Part shown: piece after piece, positions 1 to 14,857 of the stretch
Position numbering within the stretch: position 1 is the stretch's first letter
How the letters are laid out: each line of letters begins with the position of its first letter
Origin: the human T2T-CHM13v2.0 reference genome, Homo sapiens
Direction: 5' to 3' (one strand)
Length of the DNA stretch: 64,000 nucleotides
Assembly (NCBI RefSeq): GCF_009914755.1
Contig: NC_060946.1
Program-made: the position numbers and the translations under genes
The notes under the pieces: model-generated
What the model saw: the letters and a program-made list of their open reading frames with translations, nothing else
What the model was told of the DNA's origin: nothing
Database searches by the model: none

Positions 1-1390
1 TCAAGAAAAAGACAACTGGAAAACTTTATGACATTTTTAACTTGCGTTTGCCCCAGCAAATTGGCAGTTTTGAAGTGTCAGAAGCCCACGTTCCCAGTGA
101 GGAACCCTGGTCCTTGGTCTAAAGGAACAAGAGAAGATCTTACCCGCAAATTATTATGTGTCTGTTCTGACTGGTCTGGGGGATACCTAAAGGACTAATG
201 AAAGGCTTTTTTTTTTTTTCTGTGTTGCTAGAATACAGAACAGATAAGGAATGAACATTATTAAGAAACTCTGCAAGGAGACCTAACAAACCACAGACGC
301 TTAGGGCAAAAATTAGAGTTTACACATATAGTAGATCACCTTCAGCACAGGAAGAAAAGTTGGAGAAGAGTATTTGGAAAACTAAGACATTCAAAATCAT
401 TCACGTACATGGGAGAGTCTAGAAAGTCACATGTATGCATAGGTTAAGCCACATGCTGGCAAATGTCATAAGAAGACCCTACACTTTTACCTTGGCCGAT
501 CCCTCCCCTCAGTGCAAGCTCTGTGCAAGAGTGAACTTGAACTTCACTCAGTGCAAGAGTGAACACACACTTTGTGGCGGCTTTAAAGAACCCAGCACAA
601 AGCCAGTCTACATGGCCTAGAGACATATTTTGCTAGATAATGATTACTTGTTTTTCTTTGTTTTTGTTGTATTTGCCTGTTTGCTTAATTCCTGACATAC
701 AAGAAAATCACTGTCAAAACATTAGCTTAACATTCGTTAAGGAAATGAAAAGACTTCGGTGACCACACTTTATAAAGCAAACAGTTTTGTACATCACTTT
801 GGAAAATTTCACTAAAAATAAAAACCTTGAGAATAAGTAAATAAAATTTAAAACCACAAAACATTAGTGTGTTTGTGGGTGGGGGTCTGATTTACAGAGT
901 AACCATATAGTAATTATAATTATTATAACGTCCAGTTTTCAAAAAAAGTTACAAGGCATACAAAGAATGGGAAAGTATGGCTCATTCAAAGGAACAAAAC
1001 AAACTGACAGAAAATATCTCTAAGGAAACCCAGACTTCAAACTTACTAGACAAAGACTTTAAAACAACTCTCTTCATTATACTCAAATGTCAAAAGGAAA
1101 ACATAAACAAAGAAATCAAGGAATCACAAAAAATATTAAAAAGTAGGAATATCAACAAAGAGATAACAGAAATTCTGGAGTGGAAAACTACAATGTTAAT
1201 AATTCAAAAATCACCAGAGGGATTTCAGAGTATATTTGCACACACAGAAGAAGTCATGAACTTGAAGATAAGAAAATGGAAAATACTGACTCTGAGAAAC
1301 AGAAAGAATAACAAATAAAAAATGAGCAGAGACTAAGGAATCTGTGGGACATCATCAAATAGACCATCATTCATATTCTAGAAGGATAAA
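1..1390 (+). mobile_element. Ancient LINE-1 (L1M-type) 5' region and degenerate ORF1 fragment
   Basis: ORF 977-1318 (LLDKDFKTT...EITEILEWKTT...SPEGFQS) resembles the N-terminal/coiled-coil part of old L1 ORF1p. The sense strand is A-rich. Boundaries are approximate. Confidence 0.7.
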
Positions 1391-1409
1391 TTATGTTGTT
1401 AAAAACTTT

Positions 1410-1556
1410 ACCATTCTTTCTTTCCACCTTTCTTTCTTCCTCCCTCCCCCTCCTCCACCTTTTTACTTTTCTTCCTCTTCCTTTCTCTTCTTTCTCTCCT
1501 TCATTATCCCTTTCGCTCTGTTTCTCCTTCTCCCTCTTTTTTCTTTTCTTTCAATT
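1410..1556. repeat. CT-rich low-complexity (polypyrimidine) tract
   Basis: Almost only C and T on the + strand. Confidence 0.85.
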
Positions 1557-1889
1557 TTCTCAATTACTAAGAGATGTTTAAATACCCTTACCATGTTAGT
1601 AGATATGGTTATTTCTCCCTTTAGTTCTCTTTTGAGATTTATAGTCACTCTAAGTAAAGAGATAACCCAAACATAAGCCTCACAAACAGGCTTGCATACC
1701 GTTCTTAATTTGGTCCTGTAATTCTTCATTGCTGTATTAACTTTCTGATGCTTTTAAGGATGTTTTATAACAAATTGTTTAGTTTTCTCCAACGGAATGT
1801 TTATTCTGAGTTATCTAATTCATATTGTAAGTATATAGGGAGTTTAATATAAAATTATTAAACTAATATTTGTGAAAGAATGTATTTGT

Positions 1890-2690
1890 GCATTTAACAA
1901 ATATGTTAATCCTCAAACAGTTATTGGGCAGCTGAACATACAGCAATAAAAATAACATAATTTTTATGTGTACAATATTTATGGAATAAACTACTGGAAC
2001 CAATAAATACTTTAGTTAATAACATGACCAAGAACAGAAATTGTATACACTATACAGCATAGTAATGGAATAATGAGTGATTAAAGTTATTAATACTAGG
2101 TAGAAAATGAAGGTATCTTTGAGAGCAGAACTCAAGGAAGCAAGCAATTCGCCTTATGAGGAAAGAGTCACCTGTGGATAAAGGAGAAAATGAAAAATTT
2201 ACAAGTCAAGACTTTTTGAGCAAAAACAAAAATATGACTATTAGTCACCAATTCAGTACAGTGAAAAGAAAGTTGAAGAGATATCTTGGAAGTAAACCAT
2301 GTTGTGGAAGAGCATGTAGGGTTTTGATAATCTTGGGATGATTCTGAATTAATTTTAAATGCGATAGGAATATATGAGATAATTTCACCAGAGAATAACA
2401 TGATTGTGTTTGCATTTCAAAGGGGTGTATCTCGTGCACTGTGAAGAATAAATAGGTTATGTAAGCAAATAAATTTGGAGGCTATTGTAATCCACAGAAA
2501 ATAGGTAGTGACTTAGGTGAGAATGCTGTGAGTATGAGTGGTATTAGTGGTGAGAAGTCGTCAGGCCATGGATGTATATCAGAGGACTGGCCAAGAGAAC
2601 TGCAGCTAAATTGGAGTGTAGGGAGTGAAATGGAGAACTCAAAGATGACTCTCAGCACTGGAAGGTGACAGCTGTCACTGAAGCAGGCTG
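1890..2690 (-). mobile_element. Degenerate L2 fragments
   Basis: Purine-rich antisense-L2-like motifs (gaggctattgtaatcc, gtggtgagaagt, aaattggagtgtaggg). Boundaries are approximate. Confidence 0.55.
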
Positions 2691-5050
2691 ATCCCTCTTA
2701 TTAAGAGAGTTACTTGGGAATGGTAAGATCAAACCTTCTCACTTTCAAATTTATGAAAAATATTGTTTTCCGAACGAATGACTTTGGGATCAGAAAGCCA
2801 TCATTCTCATTGATGGTTCCACGACTACATGGGCTCACACTCCCAAGAGCAAAAGTAAATCATCACAAAGGTGCTTCCTGATAATTCTAGAGAATGGAGA
2901 ATTACTGTAACATCTTTCTGATTTTAGGAGAGGTAGCAGTTCCCTTTTTAGCCTAAACGCTATTTTTCTTTAAAGCTCAGCCAAGAGACTCCATTATAAT
3001 TTTCAAATGTGTGTAACTCAAATTCTCATATGAAATACCACTATGCTTAGTCAAAACGTTTTCCCCATGTACAACTCTATCTTGTCATTGCAATCATTTT
3101 CACAAAAGTAACTGCAGCTCACAGACCCTAAAAGTGGAAAATCCAGGGTAAGTTATCTGATCTAGTTAGTTTTGAAGACAGGATCTAGAGATTATTTAAT
3201 ATGAAATAGGTCACCTGAAATGAAGTGTTTACTGAAAACAGCTTGGATCAACCCAGTTTTCTACCACTGAACCATGGATTTGGTTTCAAAAACACAACAA
3301 CTCTGGAGAATATCGGCTGCTTCCAACTGTGTTGAAGGTGTTAAAGAAAAGAGCATAAAATTATAAATGATCATCTGAGGCCTTTATAGTCTCTGCTCAA
3401 GAGACTAGCGTCTTCCTTTCTTAAGGAAACATACAAATATCTTAATAATTGGGCAAAATCTAACTATCAGAGAGATAATTTTATCTTGAAGATTGTTAAA
3501 TTATAATGGTGATTCACTACCTTGCCACGTCTCTGACTCAAAAATTAGATCTTTGTTTAGGAATCAATGGTACTCTGCAACTTGGAAATAGGAAGATTTT
3601 AGAAGACTCAAACATTGACTTTCTTGTGTGCAAAAAAAAGACGTATTGAGATAAGACAAGTCTTTCCTTGCAAGGATACCTCTAATGCTCACACACCACC
3701 TCCCCTAACGTTAATATAGCTTCCAGGCCACTAACCGGTGTCAGAGAGCAGCCTATGCAACTACAGATTCAAAAGATGTCAAACACAGGGTCAAGCCTAG
3801 AATAAGAAGTCTTAGCTAATTAAGTATGCTTTTTCCCCCAAATTCATATTAACAAAAACTTGGATATGTCAGAGAATGCATTCTAAGTTCACTCAACCTA
3901 GGAGGGAGAAACATAATTTTAAATTAAGAACTGAAGCATTCTTGTCCTAACAAAAAGCAAGGAAAACGAAATATCACACCACAGGAGGGATTTCACAAAT
4001 TAGTGTCAACATCAAAACCTTAAAATAGGCAAGGAGAATGCAGATTCACAATGAACTCTTGTACTTGTTTTGTTCAGAGAAGAGATGGTTCTGAGAGAAT
4101 GACAGTGAATTAACCCCAGCTGGTTTAGTTGGTGCTTTCATTTGCTGCTTCTGATAAACTCCTTTAGCTAGAATAAATTTATGCAGATTTTGGCATGTGG
4201 TATTAGAGATGGTTATTAATTTTTTCCTCTTATTTGCATTGTTCAATGTAGTAAATACTAGCTGTATATGGCTACTTCAATTCAAATTAATTACAATGAA
4301 ATATACTTAAATATTGAATTTTTTAGTCACTGTTGGTTCATTATTGAATATCTTCAGCTAAGATTTCCCATCTCAATACACTAAGAGGTGGCTTAACTGG
4401 TCGTCCACAAATATTGAAGCTGTTGTTAACTCCTGATATATCCTCTGCAAATAGAATATTCATGAGCCTCCTCCTGAAACCAGCAGCCTACAGATAATTT
4501 TATAAATTGGATACAAGTTGGAAATCTATACTCTAAGTTTTTGAAATATTAGGTTCCCAGGGAAGAAAATCAAATTCATAAGATACTTTAGGACAATTTA
4601 ACTCAAGATGTTCAAAACTGAAATGACATATTCTACAACATGTGATAAAACCACCCCCTAACAACTTAAAGCAAAACAGGGATTGACCTTAAAGACCTGC
4701 CTTTTCCTCATGCCCCAGCCAATCAGTTTTCAAATCTTGCATTTTATTTGAAAGGTCCTTATCCCCCTAGTCTCCTGTTTCTAGACTTGGCACATATTTG
4801 TAACCTCCATCTACTGACTTTCCTCTCTTCAAATAGTATCTATGCCTGCCAAATGTGAACATACAAAAAATCAGAATGTGCCATTCTGATTTAAACTGCT
4901 TATTAGTTAATACCCTCAAGATAACATCTGGGTTCTTAGATGCACTGAGTCAAGCCTACTTACATCTTTTTTTGTCTTCGGCTGCACTTTTCCTATCACA
5001 TCACACTCCAGCAATGCCAAGCTGTGCGGGCCTTCTACCCCATCTCCACT

Positions 5051-6747
<1,697 letters not shown>

Positions 6748-7724
6748 TAAGGATTTCTTCTCTCTATTCTGCATTTGATAGCATTTGCTTTGGGGCTTAT
6801 TTTTTTAAACGTGTCCAGCCTCATTTCTATCTGGTTAGATTAAAACAAACTTCTTTCCTTTAACTTGCAAAAACAGAGATGAACATCTTCATATTGTTAA
6901 TGTGGACTTCCATTCACAGCTTAACAATTTTATGGGCAGAAGAGTACAATGGGCTCAACTATCCAGGCTTTAGGAGTTATTTTAATCTTTAAAGAGCAAT
7001 AGGTACAAGTAAAAGTACATACATAAAGTAGGTATTTAATATTTAATTTTTATTCTCATATGCATGAAAAGGGTGTTCCAAAAAAAGAGAAGTCCATGGC
7101 ATGTCTTTATGGTTAATCTTACTTTATTTTTTGGTTCATCTACCATGCTTCTTACAAGTTACTTGTTTTTTCTTTCATGAAAATTTTTTTTAAATGAATT
7201 GATTTTACTTTTCATCAGCACAACTGTTGACTAATACCAAAGTTAGCTAGAAGGCTATGGTTTTTATATTTATAGAATGGCAGAGGCAGCATTCAGATAA
7301 TACATCATAGTAACTTGGCATTTATGAAATATTAGTTTTCCATAAACATCAACTCAGAGGAAGGTTTTTTTTTTAATTATAATAACATTTTGAAAACCAC
7401 CTGTCCATTAAAATGTTACTAAAATATGTATTGGAACTGGTGTTTTAGATGCCAGTCCTTCCTGAAGAGTGTTTTGAGATTTTTTTCAAATACTGCCTCA
7501 GTTCTATATAAAATAGTAAAAATTCTGCCTTTTAAATTGACTACTGGATGTAGGTAAGAAGTTAAGTAAATATTACATAAAAATAAATTTGCAAAAGTAA
7601 TTTACTCAAGGATTATTTACACTTTGATGAGTGGATCTGGATATTTTGATACTAAGTGAAAGTGGTTCCCCTATAATTATAAGGGAACAAATATCTGCAA
7701 GTAGTAGTTAAAAGAATGTATATA

Positions 7725-7803
7725 GGCCGGGCACGGTGGCTCATGCCTCACCTCAGGTGATCCACCCGCCTCGGCTTCCCAAAGTGCTGGGATTACAGTC
7801 ATG
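7725..7803. mobile_element. Fusion of two oppositely oriented Alu 5'-end fragments
   Basis: ggccgggcacggtggctcatgcct (+, Alu nt 1-24) is joined to the reverse complement of Alu nt ~18-72. Confidence 0.85.
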
Positions 7804-7927
7804 TTAAGTGTTACTCTAATTATATCAGTAATTTAAACCTCAAAAGAGATTCATTATGTATACAAAATTAATCTTGTGTAATTAAATTTAAAAGTAGAAT
7901 TAATGGAAGAAATAAAAAAACACAAGA

Positions 7928-8200
7928 TGGCTCACACCTGTAATCTCATTGCTTTTGGAAGTCTAGGTGTGAGGATCCCTTGACCTAAGGAGTTTGAGAC
8001 CAGTCAAGCAACACAGTGGGACCCCATCTCTATAAAAAAATTAGCTGGGTATGGTGGTGCGTGCCTGTAGTCCTAGCCACTTGAGAGGCCGAGGCAAAAG
8101 TATCGCTTGAGCCTAGGAGTTGGAGTCTGCTGTGAGCTATGATCACACCACTGCACTCCTGCCAGAGCAAAAGAGGGAGACTTTAAAAAATAAATAAATA
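7928..8200 (+). mobile_element. AluJ
   Basis: Diverged dimeric Alu with J-type motifs (ttgagcctaggagtt, gtgagctatgatc) and an A-rich tail. Confidence 0.85.
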
Positions 8201-8594
8201 TATCACAAAATACTTCTGATTCCAAGTCCAGATATATAAACCACAGGAATAATTATATAAACACACGTTATACATACATATAGTATATGTATGATAAAAT
8301 ATACTTGTATGTTCAACTTGGGAAAGGTTGATGATTTTAGAAACAATAATTCTATTGCCTTATGCTCGAATGATTTTCAATTTGAAGATGTATTGAGGCT
8401 CCGTACACAAGACATCTTTTTTTCCCCTCTTCTCAGAATCATTTTTTGGCTGATTATTGGACTACAATTGGGAGATCTAGAACTAAATTCCTGCTTAGTG
8501 TTTACTTGTTCAGAGCATAGGCATTGAAATCGTCCTGTTTTGCCTCAGTCTCCACAAGAGTACCTACTAACCTCATGACTAGGGGATCGTGTAG

Positions 8595-8712
8595 CATTTC
8601 TCTAAGCCTTGTTTTTCTTAGCTGTGAAGTGGTAAATTTTGAAAGTGCTTTGTTCATAGGATTTCTGTGAAAACCAAACTGGGTAAAGAATGTAAGGCAT
8701 TTAGCACAGTAA
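8595..8712 (+). mobile_element. MIR fragment
   Basis: MIR core-like motifs ctctaagccttgtttttcttagctgtgaagtgg ... tgtaaggcatttagcacagt. Confidence 0.6.
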
Positions 8713-10154
8713 AATAACCTGGATTACAGTAACTTTTCATGGAGTGTTTATTAGTACTTAAACTGTCATTGTCATCAAAATTCTGTTTTTACATATGAAC
8801 TTAGAAATGTCATTGTAACCTTCTCAAATCATTTGGTCATTTAAAATGGAGAGGTTGAGTTAGGTGTTTCTTACATTTCTCTTTAGCTCTGATACTATGA
8901 GTCTGAAGTTAAGTAATGCAAAGTTGGTAATTAAATCTTCCCCTTTCGTGATGTAGGAGAAAGGGAGAAAGAAAACTTCTGGGTAACTGGATTCCCTTTC
9001 AAGTTTATTAGAACTGTAATTATGTAGCATTTTGAATAAAGCATTCATTCTGGAAATCATTAAATTTACTTTTCTTAACTCCGTATTTTGTCAACTGTGG
9101 AAAAATTGGGATTTAGGAATAACCTCTGATTTAAAATTCCACCTGTTAATCATTTAAATTGTAGTCTTGTAATTTCCTAACTTTGGTCTTGAAGGTGTTT
9201 ATCATTCTTATGCGCTATTATACTGTATTAAATATTTATGCAACATAAAATGTATAGTTTTAACTATTGTACATGTTTACATATGAAAGGTATAGTTTTG
9301 AACTTATCATTATTCAACTTGCTAGTTTTGCCTCACTATTCATTTTTGACACATCCATATTAGTACATGCAACTCAAGTTTATTCTTTTGAGCTACTGTA
9401 TATCATTCAAATGTATGAATAAATAACCTTGCTTTGGTGGACATTTAAGTATTTTCATGTGTCAGTATGAAAAGCAGTTTCAAAATGAACATTCAAATAT
9501 ACATTGTCATATATAATATTTGTATATATGAAAGTCCTGTGGGTTATATATCTGAAATCAAAATTACAAGTGTTTTGTAACTTCTATAATTAATTTTACT
9601 CTCAATTTTAAGTAAACAAGATTAGTTGTTGCACATGATGAATCTCTTTATTCAGTTAATTACTGCCATAATTAGAATACCACTTAAAACTTGATAATAT
9701 TTTCAAGGGTATTTATGCTAAACTTACATAAGTGTGTTGAAAAGTCCTTTTGTATATATGTAGAGATTACATGGTATGTTAAATTCATCAATTTGCCTAA
9801 ATATCAAGTTATACTTAAGTAGTGTCCATACACAATTTTTTTGCTTGACTGAGCTCCAGTATGTATATTGGGAGTACTTTTTAACATTCATAGGTTAAAT
9901 GGCCTGTTTTGGAAAATGATATTAAAAATGTAATTCAGATGAATGCTTAGAATAAAGATTAAAGATGAATGAGCTTTCATATTAATCATCAATATGACAA
10001 TCCTAAAGGGAAGCATGATTTTCAAATGTACCTCCTTGTAAGCAGGATAATTCAGAAATGCACAGTGCATATTAGATATGGGATTTGAGTCGTAGTATAT
10101 TTCTCTAAGAATGTAATTTATTGTACTTTCACATCCACCCCACTGAATATGCAG

Positions 10155-10276
10155 AGTTTAAGATGCAATGGCCAGAAGACATGAAAGTGTCACTAGAAGG
10201 ATGTGGACGTGGGCTCCAGGACTGTTGATGATGACTGTGGTCTTTTGGGGTCATCAGGGGAATGGACAAGGCCAAG
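10155..10276 (+). pseudogene. ROBO2: Duplicated first coding exon of the ROBO2a isoform (signal-peptide exon); orphan exon with flanking intronic DNA
   Basis: Acceptor cag| at 10154 and donor |gtaagt at 10277. The ATG at 10168 gives MARRHESVTRRMWTWAPGLLMMTVVFWGHQGNGQGQ versus recalled ROBO2a MARRHERVTRRMWTWAPGLLMMTVVFWGHQGNGQGQ. It has 109 coding nt (phase 1). No Ig-domain exons follow, and the block ends in satellite at 22.66 kb. Confidence 0.92.
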
Positions 10277-10354
10277 GTAAGTGCAAGGATGTTCTAATTC
10301 TTTGAGAGTTGGATGCAAATTTCACTTTATGATGAAATTATGTGAGTCTTTGGT

Positions 10355-11793
10355 TTGACGTTTAAGCAATTTGTTGTAATCTTCTGCCAGGTTTTTGTTA
10401 CAGGGTATTGTAATGCCTCTGCACCAGTTAAATTGAAATAGAGTTAGGTGTGAGTAAATGCATCAAAATTGAGGCCATCTTTCCGAAATTGGCTTTTTTC
10501 TGTTGGAATTCATTATATATATATGGAATTCTGTTGGAATTCATATGAATATATATATGAATATATATATGAATATATATATGAATATATATATGAATAT
10601 ATATATGAATATATATATGAATATATATGAATATATATATGAATATATATGAATATATATGAATATATATATGAATATATATATGAATATATATATGAAT
10701 ATATATATGAATATATATGAATATATATATATGAATATATATATGAATATATATGAATATATATATGAATATATATATGAATATATATGAATATATATAT
10801 GAATATATATATGAATATATATATGAATATATATATGAATATATATATGAATATATATGAATATATATATGAATATATATATGAATATATATGAATATAT
10901 ATATGAATATATATATGAATATATATGAATATATATATGAATATATATGAATATATATGAATATATATGAATATATATATGAATATATATATGAATATAT
11001 ATGAATATATATGAATATATATATGAATATATATATGAATATATATGAATATATATGAATATATATATGAATATATATGAATATATATATGAATATATAT
11101 GAATATATATATGAATATACATGAATATATATGAATATATATATGAATATACATGAATATATATGAATATATATATGAATATATATGAATATATATATGA
11201 ATATATATATGAATATATATATGAATATATATATGAATATATATATATGAATATATATATGAATATATATGAATATATATATGAATATATATATGAATAT
11301 ATATGAATATATATATGAATATATATGAATATATATGAATATATATATGAATATATATATATGAATATATATATGAATATATATGAATATATATATGAAT
11401 ATATATATGAATATATATGAATATATATATGAATATATATATGAATATATATATATGAATATATATATTCATATATATATATGAATATATATATATGAAT
11501 ATATATATATGAATATATATATGAATATATATGAATATATATATGAATATATATATGAATATATATGAATATATATATATGAATATATATATATGAATAT
11601 ATATATATATACACCAGATATATATATCACTATTACAGAGAAACAGTTGTCATGCTGCATTTTTCGGAAAGATGGCTTCAATTTTGATGCATTTACTCAC
11701 ACCTAACTATTTCAATTTAACTGGTGTAGAGGCATTACAATACCCTGTAACAAAAACCTGGCGGAAGATTACAACAAATTGCTTAAAAGTCAA
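10355..11793. repeat. Inverted repeat pair (10355-10488 / 11662-11793) enclosing the AT-rich array
   Basis: The right arm is the reverse complement of the left arm with 4 substitutions and one 2-bp indel (aligned by eye). Confidence 0.95.
10545..11611. repeat. AT-rich tandem repeat GA(AT)4-6, ~1.07 kb
   Basis: Continuous gaatatatat(at)(at) units, with one inverted unit at 11467-11472. Confidence 0.97.
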
Positions 11794-11819
11794 TATATAT
11801 ATATGGTATTATGAGGCTA

Positions 11820-11846
11820 CGTGTGTGTGTGTGTGTGTGTGTGTGT
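11820..11846. repeat. (TG)n microsatellite
   Basis: Perfect GT run. Confidence 0.95.
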
Positions 11847-12841
11847 TTTGGGGGGGTGGGTATGCATGTGAGTTTGTGTGTGTGGTATTTTACAAGAACA
11901 CGTAGCATATAAAGTTGTGATTTTGAAGAAAAGTTTTTGGATGTTTGTTTCTTTTCTTTAGGGTTTTTATGTTTTACATTTTAAAATTTCAAGAAGCTAT
12001 TCTTAAAGGATGTGATGTTCTTTAGAAATTAAATGAAAAAACGTGACGTTTCTCATTCTTCTGCCAAGCGTATTTAGGGGAAATTAATGATAGAGTGGAG
12101 CTGCAAGTTTGTGGCATCCTGAAATGTCTGTTGGAGAGTAGAAAAGGGCCATAGATTTTGTAATAAGGCTTTCAATATTGACTTGATCAATAGCTGTATG
12201 GAGTGGTTTGTGCGAAATCTAGTATCTGTGAATGTATTTTGTGATAAGTATTGTATTATTTTTGGAGGTGTGTTGCCTGCTCAGATACAAATTGCAATTC
12301 TGTATTTTATGTGATAAAACATCCTGACACCCCTGAAATTTTTTTTTCCTTTTGGGTCAAGTATATTTGGCATTGATTTTCTGCATTTTCAAGGCTTGAA
12401 ATGAAATCTGTGAGCAGGAAGTTCACAGAGTTTATTTCAAGGGATAGGTATATTTCTAGAGATAAAATTGAAAGCTTGCAGTGTTATTATATAATTGTGA
12501 TGAAGTTGAGCTTTGGTAGTTTGAAGTATCTAATAAAGTTCAACACTTTTTAAAAGATCCTTCAAAAAGGGCAGTTTTCTTGCCATATGTAATATTGTTC
12601 AATGAATTTTTGAAATGAAATAGATATTTTTCAAAACCACAAGTGCATGTGTGCCTTTGTATATGAATAGTTGTATATACATGTAAGCAGATAATACATT
12701 TTGTTAATTAAGATCAGCTTTGATTTTAATTTTTCTTTCATGCCAGAGTTCATATTAGCATTTAATAGAATTCTCATTTTTATTTTTTGTGATAAAACTA
12801 ATGTAAAATATATTTAATACACATAGTATTTTCACCAAAGG

Positions 12842-13160
12842 GCTAAAACAAGAATATGTAGACAGTAGCTATGTTGGATTTCTGTGGCTATAGAGTTGTT
12901 TATTTCTCTGGTAATGTGTAGAGTTATTACAATGCAGCATGACAACTGTTTCTCTGTAATAGTGATCCAACATGACGTGTAGTATTACACATGGTTGCTA
13001 AAACAAGAATATGTAGACAGTAGCTACATTGGGTTTCTGTGGCTACAAGAGTTGTTCATTTCTCTGGTAATGTGTAGAATTACTAAAATGCAGCATGACA
13101 ACTGTTTCTCTGTAATAGTGATCCAACATGACGTGTAGTATTACACAGGGTTGATAAAAC
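12842..13160. repeat. Tandem duplication of ~155 bp (12842-12996 / 12997-13152)
   Basis: Both copies start gctaaaacaagaatatgtagacagtagcta and end gtagtattacaca(t/g)ggtt, followed by a gataaaac microhomology. Confidence 0.95.
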
Positions 13161-14857
13161 CTTCCTCTGACCATCATTTCCAGTAATTGTGGCTTGTTTT
13201 AGATGAGGAATAGGTTATTAGATATTTAAAATATTTGAAAAAAATAGGTATCTTCTCTCTTATTTACCCAAAAAACCCTTTTATTTACTCAGTATTGATT
13301 GCTCAAATATTCTATCCTTCACTGGGGACCATCATTTATTAAAAAATGGCCTGAAATCAATTCCAAGTCTAGCTGCAGTGAAGCTTCTAGTGGGAAATGC
13401 AAGTTATTTGTTTTCTTTCTAAAAGGATAAATTAAAATAGACAATGATTCAAAGAACAAAACAACTTAATAGAAAACATAATGGAATGCTTTGATATTAT
13501 CATTCAGGGAATTTTGCTTCCTTTGTGGTAGCTAGATTAAGTGAAGGAGATTGCTTAGGTGTAATGAGCAAATCTTATAATTGCAAGTATAACCCAAGCT
13601 GCCTATCATCATTTAGATCAATAAGCCTCATTAAATATTAAATATTACGTTTTAACTTTTATGCAATTAAGCAGAATTTAAAAATAAAAGTTTTAAAAAT
13701 TAAAGTTTTTATTACTAAGTATCTTTTAAAATACAAATCTCATAGCTCATTATTATTGTCAAGAAAAGAATACATGAAAATTTATAAATAAGGTTTTCTC
13801 TCTAGTAAGTTTACAGTCTTGCATTAAATATTGGTTATTGGAACCCGCAATGTCCAAGATTATGATTAAGTATCAATGAAGTATGACTTGCAGCAAATAT
13901 GTATGCAAATGTTATAAGATTATTTTCACATTATTTCACATAATTTCTTAAGCGTAATAGTATAAGTAAATTATACTTTCTACACAAGCTCTTCATATAT
14001 ATGAATAGACTATGTTCTAAATGTTTAAGTCATTGGGAAATCCCAATGTTCCTTCCTGAGAAACCGTGTGAGAAATTGTACCTAAGCTAAAAAAATAGAA
14101 GACAAAAATCAATTTAACGAGGAATGTAGATTAATATCATAGTATTGTCTCAACTGTGTGCAACCACTACTTATAAAAAATGATGTAAGAAATGCAGTCT
14201 GAAATCTGAATTCTAAATAACAATGTAGGGCCATTATCCCTCTGGGACCCTTAGGGTCAAAATAAGAGAAAAGGGATGAATGGTGGGTTGGAAGTAAGTC
14301 AATGATCCTTGTCAATTTTTTGTATCTGTCAAGAAAAGCATCTGCTTGAGGACATCCATTTTCCTGCTTCTGAGTTACAGAATAATAGGTGCCTATCCTG
14401 AATGTAACATTCCCTGACACGGACTCTGTGTCTATGCTGCTTAGGTGGTTTGTGCATGACAAAGTGTTTAACATCTGAAAATGGAGACAATCCTTAGAGA
14501 AAGATACATATGAATTTTAAAAGGAAATATACCTACGATAGAAATGAAACAAATAGCATAAATATCTAGCTGTATTTTGTCTTTTTGGTAACTGTTACAA
14601 TATATACATTTTCAAACAACTAAGTTCAGCACTGACTTCGGGAGAATCTAGATAAAACTGAACTGACATATAATAAGCATGGGTATAATTAATAGCACAG
14701 CAGGCAAAACCATGGGGGTGTTTCCTGAGAAAGAGGGACTATAGAGAGGCACCAGAAAACCCAGCTCATTTGCAGGATTCTGGGGAGTGTCAGGAGCAGT
14801 TATTATATTCAGAACTGAGAATTTATTTCTAACTCAGCAACCCGTAGTTCTGACTGA

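Noticed and set aside
10513-11681. 319- and 357-aa Ile/Tyr-rich ORFs
   Set aside because: Artefact of the GA(AT)n array.
10355-11806. Interpretation as a MITE or DNA transposon (TIRs plus TSD)
   Set aside because: The left arm lies outside the 13-bp direct repeats and appears to be ordinary flanking intron. Only the right arm is inside the insertion.
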